DNA of 64,000 nt, from assembly GCA_965204535.1 (NCBI GenBank), contig OZ241996.1, positions 1,152,001 to 1,216,000 on the forward strand. The letters are read 5' to 3'. The stretch comes from a bacterium (GTDB lineage: Bacteria; UBA8248). Both the position numbers and the translations under genes were made by a program. Shown here in pieces: positions 57,887 to 64,000 of the stretch; position 1 is the stretch's first letter, and each line of letters begins with the position of its first letter. Below the pieces are notes generated by a model. The model was not told where the DNA came from, did no database searches, and saw only the letters and a list, made by a program, of their open reading frames with translations.

Positions 57887-57973
57887 TTATCAAGCGGTGG
57901 AGAGGATACTTCGTGAGATTATCGCCTCCCGGAAGCTCCGGAGTGGAAGCGAACTTGCGCTGTTGATTCTAGC

Positions 57974-59590
57974 CTAGGCTTTTTGAGATTTCCATGAGTA
58001 GAACGACAAGGCGTCCTCCGTCCACTGCGCGCAGTTTCGGCTGAATCTATCCCATCGGCTGTTGGCGCATTGGGCGCGGACGGGGTCGGCGTTGCCCTCG
58101 GCAATGAGGCCGTTGAGGGGCGAGAGGTCGAATTCGGCTCGAACGGGCACTCTGCCGCGCTCATCGGGGCCGAGGAGAGACAAAAAGCGCGCGAACGCGT
58201 CGAATGCGCCTCGAATCTTCTCGCACAGGTGCTCCGCGCCTCCCGCATATGCGACCAGGGGCGGCACCAAAGGGGCGTAGCGGTTCAGTTCCATGCCTCC
58301 CTCCGTGCGGTTCGTGATGCTGTCCACGCCGACGACCCCGACCGAATCCTCCGAGAATTCCACCGGAAAGAGTCTGCCGTAGAGCGTTTCCACGATCATT
58401 CCCTCACGGCTGAGCCTCAGATGAACGCGGACGCTGAACAGGCCGAAATCGATCCAGTCGCATATCAGCGGCAGGTAGCGCGCGTCGAACACCTGCTCGT
58501 AGTTCTCGATGGCGCTCGCCAGGAGGCGAATCGAATCCTCACGCGTGCGGGACGCTTCGCGCAGTTCGGATTCGAGTCTGGGCGCGCAGTTTTTGAGCAT
58601 CTGCCCCAAAACGTCCGGGGAAGCGCCGCCTTCCGCCCTTCTGGTCTTGACGTAGGCTTTCGCGGTCGCCGGGCTTTCCTGGAAGCGGTGAACGAGCCAG
58701 TCCATCGCCTGGAGGTGATCGTGGTTTTCCGCGTCGAGAGACAAGGGGAGGGGAATCGCGTGGTCCGCCGCGACGCCGAGCCTGCTCAAATCCGGAAGCC
58801 CGAACCCGTTGGGGTAGACGTCCAGCCGAAAGCATCCGCGTCCCCCGCCGCCTTCCTGCGGTTTGACGAAGAAAGTCCCCGTCCCCCGTTTCCGCGATAA
58901 GGTGGAGGCCCTGTCCAGAATGGCGGCGGCGGTTTCCGCAGGTCTTCCCCCGTTCAGTTCCACCACTTCATAGTCGGCCGTCAGGCGACGCTCGGGACCG
59001 CCCGCTTCGGGGTTTTCCGTATCCGTCCCGTTTCCGTTCAGGAGTTCGTACGTGGTTTTCTTGTTGGAGAGCGGTCCGCCGGGTGCAGTGAGAGCCCCCG
59101 GCGCGACGACGATTCCCCGGGCTTCCAGGACCCTGGCGAGGGTGGCGTCGTAGAGGCTTCTCTGGGCGGTCTGGCTGATGACGAGCAACTCTTTCGGCGC
59201 TCTGGCGGCGCGGGCCAGAAGTTCCTCCCGCCGGTTCAGGACCCTGACGGGGATGGACAACCCGAGTTGCTTCAGGTGCGCGCGCATCACCCGCGCCGTT
59301 TCCATGGTGAGGGGGAGTCGGCTCGGGGAGCCGTCCAGCAAAAGGATTTCTCCCGGACGCCGAATGGGCGGCGCGTCTTCCAGAATGCGTAAGTCTGCGA
59401 AACGGGGTTCGCGCGACGCCCAGTGGTTGAGGCTTTCGATCAGCGTTTCGTTCAGATCGCCGTCAGGCGAGTCGAACTCCCGGCTCACGCGGTAAAGATC
59501 CCAGACACCGCCGCTCGCATCGGGCGTGAGATTGTAGAGAGCGGGTTCCCGCGCGATGCGGGGATGGTTTGATGGTTTGCGCGAGGTCAA
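57974..59590 (-). CDS. divergent ATP-grasp-like protein (start uncertain)
   Basis: SNKKTTY, FFVKPQEGGGGRG, EFDL...EGNA. Confidence 0.55.
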   Translation of the reverse strand: MTSRKPSNHPRIAREPALYNLTPDASGGVWDLYRVSREFDSPDGDLNETLIESLNHWASREPRFADLRILEDAPPIRRPGEILLLDGSPSRLPLTMETARVMRAHLKQLGLSIPVRVLNRREELLARAARAPKELLVISQTAQRSLYDATLARVLEARGIVVAPGALTAPGGPLSNKKTTYELLNGNGTDTENPEAGGPERRLTADYEVVELNGGRPAETAAAILDRASTLSRKRGTGTFFVKPQEGGGGRGCFRLDVYPNGFGLPDLSRLGVAADHAIPLPLSLDAENHDHLQAMDWLVHRFQESPATAKAYVKTRRAEGGASPDVLGQMLKNCAPRLESELREASRTREDSIRLLASAIENYEQVFDARYLPLICDWIDFGLFSVRVHLRLSREGMIVETLYGRLFPVEFSEDSVGVVGVDSITNRTEGGMELNRYAPLVPPLVAYAGGAEHLCEKIRGAFDAFARFLSLLGPDERGRVPVRAEFDLSPLNGLIAEGNADPVRAQCANSRWDRFSRNCAQWTEDALSFYSWKSQKA

Positions 59591-59607
59591 GGTTTCGTTC
59601 TCGATGC

Positions 59608-60777
59608 CTAAAACACCCACTTGCGCTGACGCATGAAGTGTTTGATCACCCAGTCCGCAATGGCGCCGCCCACGGCATTGTCGGTCGCAAGGGAAGAGGG
59701 GTTCGGGGCGATGCAACTCAGGGCGCGTATCCCCGTCATCCGATACGCCTCCTCGCGCGCGTGCGCTTCGTTGGCGAGCCTTCCGGAAATGAGCATGTTT
59801 TCCTCCTCCACCCCCAGGTGGCTTCGGATCCAGTGGACGATGAGCGTTGATTCCAGCGTATCACATGCGCAGACGATCAACCCTCTGCGCGAGAGCCAGT
59901 CTTTGACCCAGGGGTCGCTCGCCACGTGAAGGCTGGCGTCCGAGGAGGGAGAATCCGCCAGTTCCGCGATGACGATTTCCGCCTTCGCGCATGCGTGGCG
60001 AAGCAGGTTTTGGGCGCATCGCCTGACCTTGTGCCTGGAGACGCCGCACGTGGAGGCGAGGCCCGCGTCGACGAAATCCCAGCCGAGTCTCGCGGAGTCG
60101 AAAAACCCGAGCGGTCTTCCGTAGTTCACCTGCATGAGGTCCCGCATCCGGCCGGTTCCCGTGAGTTTCACGTATGAAACGTGAATGCCCGAGGAGTGCA
60201 GGGCGGAGGCGAGCGAAGACGCACAGGTCGTTTTGCCCACGTCCATATCGGAGCCGGTGACCAGGATGATGGGAGCGCAGGGAACTCCCTCTTCATCCAC
60301 GGGGCAGCGGGTATCGGGAATGACGGGGAGATGAGAAAGCAGAGCGGGTTCGCCTCGATGCGCGACACCTCCTTTCACCACTATTCTCACGCACGGCGTT
60401 TCGGGGTTCGTGCGGATCCCGCAGACGCCGCCGACATTCAACAGGTCGAGCACAGTTCCGGGTGCTGCGGGAGAGTCCGGCTCATGGCCCGAAACGCTGC
60501 GATTCGCATATCGCCCGCCGATCGCAACGACCACGTTCATCTTTTCGCGCAATTTTGCTTCGCTCGTCATCCAGGCGTCTTGCGTCCCCTGGAGGACTTC
60601 GAGCGATTCCAGGCGATCGACGGGAGCGTTTCCGGGCGCTGCGACGACTTCACCCAGTGCGATTCCGTTCGAGGGAACGGGCCTGGGGTCGGGCGTGAAA
60701 TCCGCATCGAACGCATACGGGATTTCAGGCGACAGGAACAATCCTCGGGCGGTGGATGCGAAAAAGTCCAGTTTCAA
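59608..60777 (-). CDS. DUF1611-like P-loop protein
   Basis: GGRYA, LLNVGGVCG, TGSDMDVGKTT, KLTGTGRMRD, DFVDAG, ELAD. Confidence 0.75.
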   Translation of the reverse strand: MKLDFFASTARGLFLSPEIPYAFDADFTPDPRPVPSNGIALGEVVAAPGNAPVDRLESLEVLQGTQDAWMTSEAKLREKMNVVVAIGGRYANRSVSGHEPDSPAAPGTVLDLLNVGGVCGIRTNPETPCVRIVVKGGVAHRGEPALLSHLPVIPDTRCPVDEEGVPCAPIILVTGSDMDVGKTTCASSLASALHSSGIHVSYVKLTGTGRMRDLMQVNYGRPLGFFDSARLGWDFVDAGLASTCGVSRHKVRRCAQNLLRHACAKAEIVIAELADSPSSDASLHVASDPWVKDWLSRRGLIVCACDTLESTLIVHWIRSHLGVEEENMLISGRLANEAHAREEAYRMTGIRALSCIAPNPSSLATDNAVGGAIADWVIKHFMRQRKWVF

Positions 60778-60790
60778 TTTGCACCATGTC

Positions 60791-62260
60791 CTAAGCGGGA
60801 GAAAGAGCGAGACGGCGCGTGAATGTATCTATCATTTCCCGGGCGGCGGGGGATATCTGCTCTTCTCCCTCTTCATAATAGATGGATGAGACGCCCTCGA
60901 GCTTACAGAACGCTCCCCTCGGCTCTACTATGGTGCTTTTCGCCGGGGGAGAGCAAGTGACAAGCACCTCATCCTGGTCTTGAACGTCGCTCAGGCGATA
61001 ACCCCGCCTAATGAATTCGGGCCTCCCGTTTTGGACGGTGTAGATTCCGGGTTCCAGCGAATAACCGATTCGCACTCTCGAAGGGCTCGTGTTTCGAATC
61101 AAAAGCTGAAAACCGGATAAATCCGCTCGTCCGAGTTCGGCGAGCGAATCCCGGTGCGCCTCGAGAGCGGCGCCCGGCCTCAGGAATTCGGCCATATGCC
61201 AGTAGGTGGTGGTGGGTGCGTCGCCGTGTATTTCCTCGAGTTCGGTCATCAGTTGCGTGGTTCCCAGCACGCGCGGGTTGAGTTCGAGGGCATAGGGTTC
61301 GTCCCGATGGACGATGAAATCGACGCCGTATATTCCCCGGTAGCCCGCACAGGCTATCCACTCTCCGATTTTCAGGGTGAATTCCTCGATTTTTCGCCGG
61401 CTCCTCTCGGAAACCAGCCGATACGCCGCATAGTCGCTTCCGGCATAGTCGAAGCGGTGCATGGAGCAGCCGGGAATTCCCGTGAACATCACCGAAGGGT
61501 GGGACATCCAGGGTTTGCTGTCATAAATCAACCCCGCCGTTCCCAGGGCGGGGCCGCTCAGAAACGCGCTCACGATCACCGGCGCATCGGGGCCCAGTTT
61601 TTCGATGAGTTCATCCCGTTTGTTCGCGAGCGCCTCGGATGAGTCGATGAGGTGTGTCTGATTGCCCGAGGAGCCGATTCGCTCCGAAATGATCATGACC
61701 GGCCCGAATTGATCAAGTTGTTTGGGTCCGAGTTCGCCGAGGACCGCCACGTCGCCCGGGGGAACGGCGAACCCCGCTTCGACCGCCTGGCGCCGAAACG
61801 CTATCTTGTCGTCGAATCTCGTCTTGACTTCCACCGGGTTCGCCAGGATGCGGAGCCTGCCCTCGGCTTCTTCTGCGAGTTTGCCGAGGAATTCCGTGGA
61901 GCGGTAGGGGATGACGTATCGGGGAGCATCCCCTTGCGAGAGAAATTCCCGAATTTGAGAGCCCAAAGCTCCTTCGTAGGCCTCTACGAGTGATGAATGC
62001 GTCCATACGATCCGTCTGTTCCGCCCGCGCTCCACGGCGAAATAGCGCAGGCGCCTGTCCCATTCGGGCCCGTCGAGCCCGTAGTCGCAGGCGATGAGGA
62101 AATCGAGGGGGACGATGTTTTCCACCGTGATCGAATCGACCGCGCGCAGCCCCTGAAAGCCGAACGTCGATCCGTCCGGAACGGCGGAGGTCAAGATGTC
62201 GTTAAAATCATTTTTCGTGTGAGAAGGCAAGGAGGGTGTTCCTTCACCGAGAATCATCAC
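60791..62260 (-). CDS. ATP-grasp ligase
   Basis: DDKIAFR, GSSGNQT, GYRGIYGVDF, ELNPR..GTT. Confidence 0.8.
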   Translation of the reverse strand: MMILGEGTPSLPSHTKNDFNDILTSAVPDGSTFGFQGLRAVDSITVENIVPLDFLIACDYGLDGPEWDRRLRYFAVERGRNRRIVWTHSSLVEAYEGALGSQIREFLSQGDAPRYVIPYRSTEFLGKLAEEAEGRLRILANPVEVKTRFDDKIAFRRQAVEAGFAVPPGDVAVLGELGPKQLDQFGPVMIISERIGSSGNQTHLIDSSEALANKRDELIEKLGPDAPVIVSAFLSGPALGTAGLIYDSKPWMSHPSVMFTGIPGCSMHRFDYAGSDYAAYRLVSERSRRKIEEFTLKIGEWIACAGYRGIYGVDFIVHRDEPYALELNPRVLGTTQLMTELEEIHGDAPTTTYWHMAEFLRPGAALEAHRDSLAELGRADLSGFQLLIRNTSPSRVRIGYSLEPGIYTVQNGRPEFIRRGYRLSDVQDQDEVLVTCSPPAKSTIVEPRGAFCKLEGVSSIYYEEGEEQISPAAREMIDTFTRRLALSPA

Positions 62261-62452
62261 AAGTGTACATGCGGCTCCGAAATCGAAAAACAGGCGATTT
62301 TAATTCGTTAGCCTCACGAATATCAAGGCAATTCGACGATTCGAGGAACGGTGATTTCACTCCTCGGAGCTTCTGCAACGTGCAGTGCGCTATGCTAGGA
62401 TACGGGGCGTCCCAACTCCCCAATATCGACACCTAGGCGCGAGAACAGGTGA

Positions 62453-63385
62453 ATGTCCGAAGAGAGAAACATGCCCGAATCGGCGTTGGATACCGATGAA
62501 TCCCCGATGATGTCGGAATCGGAGCTCAGGTGGGAGAAATTCCGCCGGAGTTTGGTGCGCGCCAAACCGGCGATGCTCGGGGGCGTTTTTCTCATCCTGC
62601 TGGTGGTCGTCTCTCTTTCCGCCCCCCTCATCGCGCCGCAAGACCCGAGCCTGGTGGACGTCAACCTGCGCCTGAAGCCTCCCGTGTGGGAGGAGGGCGG
62701 GAGCGTGAGCTACCCCCTGGGAACCGACGCGCTGGGCCGGGACATTCTGAGCCGGCTCATGTACGGGGGCCGCGTCTCCATTCTGGTGGGCTTGAGTTCG
62801 GTGGTGATTTCGGGGGTGATCGGCATCGTCCTGGGCCTCGTCTCGGGTTTTTTCGGCGGGAAAATCGACGATCTCATCAGCGGGTTTTCCGAAATCCAAC
62901 TGGCGTTTCCCTTCATTCTGCTGGCCCTCACGATCATGGCGGTCGTCGGGCCTGGGCTGCTCAACATCATCGTGGTGCTGGGGATCAGCCGGTGGGTGGC
63001 CTACGGCCGCGTCGTCAGAGGGCAGGTCATCTCGATAAGGGAGCGCGAATTCGTGGAAGCCACCCGCGCCCTGGGCTACCCCTTGTACCGCATACTGTTC
63101 ATGCAAATTCTGCCCAACACCCTCTCGCCTCTGATCGTCATCGCCACCTTCGCCGTGGCGGGAAACATCATTTCCGAATCCTCGCTGAGTTTCCTCGGGC
63201 TCGGCGTGCCGCCTTCTGTCGTCACCTGGGGGGGCATGTTGTCCGAGGGCCGTGAATATCTGAGAGGCGCGTGGTGGATGGCGACTTTTCCGGGTCTCGC
63301 CATCATGGCGACGGTATTGAGCATCAACCTCATCGGCGACTGGCTGCGGGACTACATGGACCCCCGCCTCGGCGATGATATGTAG
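62453..63385 (+). CDS. peptide/nickel ABC transporter permease (DppC/OppC)
   Basis: LGTDALGRD, EFVEATRALG (EAA loop), ESSLSFLGLG, GDWLRD..DPR. Confidence 0.93.
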   Translation: MSEERNMPESALDTDESPMMSESELRWEKFRRSLVRAKPAMLGGVFLILLVVVSLSAPLIAPQDPSLVDVNLRLKPPVWEEGGSVSYPLGTDALGRDILSRLMYGGRVSILVGLSSVVISGVIGIVLGLVSGFFGGKIDDLISGFSEIQLAFPFILLALTIMAVVGPGLLNIIVVLGISRWVAYGRVVRGQVISIREREFVEATRALGYPLYRILFMQILPNTLSPLIVIATFAVAGNIISESSLSFLGLGVPPSVVTWGGMLSEGREYLRGAWWMATFPGLAIMATVLSINLIGDWLRDYMDPRLGDDM

Positions 63386-63406
63386 GTTTCTGAAGGGAAT
63401 TCGTGC

Positions 63407-64000
63407 ATGAAAAGGGCCTTGTTGTGCGGATGTTGTTTACTGCTCGTAGCGCTCGCCGCCTGCGGCCGCGAAGCGAAAGAGGGTCCCTTCACGGTTCTCC
63501 TCTCGGTGGAGGCCAATACGCTCGATCCCCATTTCGCGACGGCCACCATCGAGTGGAGCATATTGATGAACATGTTCGACCCGCTCATTGAGCGGCGCGG
63601 CGATATGACGCTGGGCCCCGCCCTGGCCGAACGCTGGGAGGTGGACGAGACGAAAAAGGTCTGGACGTTTCATCTTCGCAAAGGAGTCAAATTTCATAAC
63701 GGCGAGCCTTTCGATGCGGAATCCGTGCGCTACACCTTCGAGCGGATGCGGGACAGGAAGCTCAAGCCCCGCATCACGGTTTACCGGAGGATTTTCCTGG
63801 ACAGGGTGGAAAAAGTGGACTCCCACACCGTGAAGATTCATACGAAGCGCCCGGTCGCCACCCTGCCGGTGTGGATGGTGAACGCGTTCATGTTGCCGCC
63901 GAAGTACTATTCGTCGACCCCGCCCAAGGAACTGTTGAAGAAACCCGTGGGTACCGGGCCCTACAAGCTGGTGAAATGGGTCAAGGACGACCACATCGAG
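63407..64000 (+). CDS. peptide ABC transporter substrate-binding lipoprotein (family 5), truncated by the window end
   Basis: Lipobox LAAC; TLDPH, P.LAERW, FHLRKGVKFHNGEPF, PVGTGPY. Confidence 0.92.
   Translation, partial: MKRALLCGCCLLLVALAACGREAKEGPFTVLLSVEANTLDPHFATATIEWSILMNMFDPLIERRGDMTLGPALAERWEVDETKKVWTFHLRKGVKFHNGEPFDAESVRYTFERMRDRKLKPRITVYRRIFLDRVEKVDSHTVKIHTKRPVATLPVWMVNAFMLPPKYYSSTPPKELLKKPVGTGPYKLVKWVKDDHIE

Noticed and set aside
7000-63400. Many long antisense or alternate-frame ORFs (e.g. 17491-18873, 48946-50373, 51311-52684, 52766-54325)
   Set aside because: Shadow ORFs of GC-rich genes that have clear family motifs on the other strand or frame
1-64000. tRNA, rRNA or CRISPR array
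   Set aside because: None seen by eye

Overview
GC-rich bacterial chromosomal window of mostly housekeeping and catabolic genes (pgk, etfAB, apbC, ddl, rel, nfi, msrP, CBS/CGL, a split b6-type Rieske/cytochrome b complex, an octaheme cytochrome c, many oxidoreductases). The respiratory genes resemble Nitrospinota/Tectomicrobia-like lineages; this is an inference only. Two accessory regions interrupt it: a 3238-bp IS1595-family element with passenger genes (700-3937; 23-bp TIRs, 7-bp TSD) and a mosaic island at about 27.3-33.9 kb. An IS1182 sits in the loop of a palindromic repeat. Top observations: (1) an unrecognised structured RNA-like element in three copies (3790-3629 on minus; 30393 and 32289 on plus), each directly behind its own sigma70-like promoter, with a shared GGUCRCYCGCKGAAUACAA core and a covarying stem, all in mobile DNA; (2) a selenocysteine deiodinase-like gene (in-frame UGA plus SECIS hairpin) next to a haloalkane-dehalogenase-family gene; (3) a WLM/SprT-like metalloprotease ending in a beta-clamp-type motif, whose 3' end is duplicated around the dehalogenase; (4) a split CFA synthase bracketing a GGR-type reductase; (5) a four-gene ATP-grasp/DUF1611/NTT-HEAT-cNMP cluster. 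All calls come from reading motifs by eye; no database searches were run.
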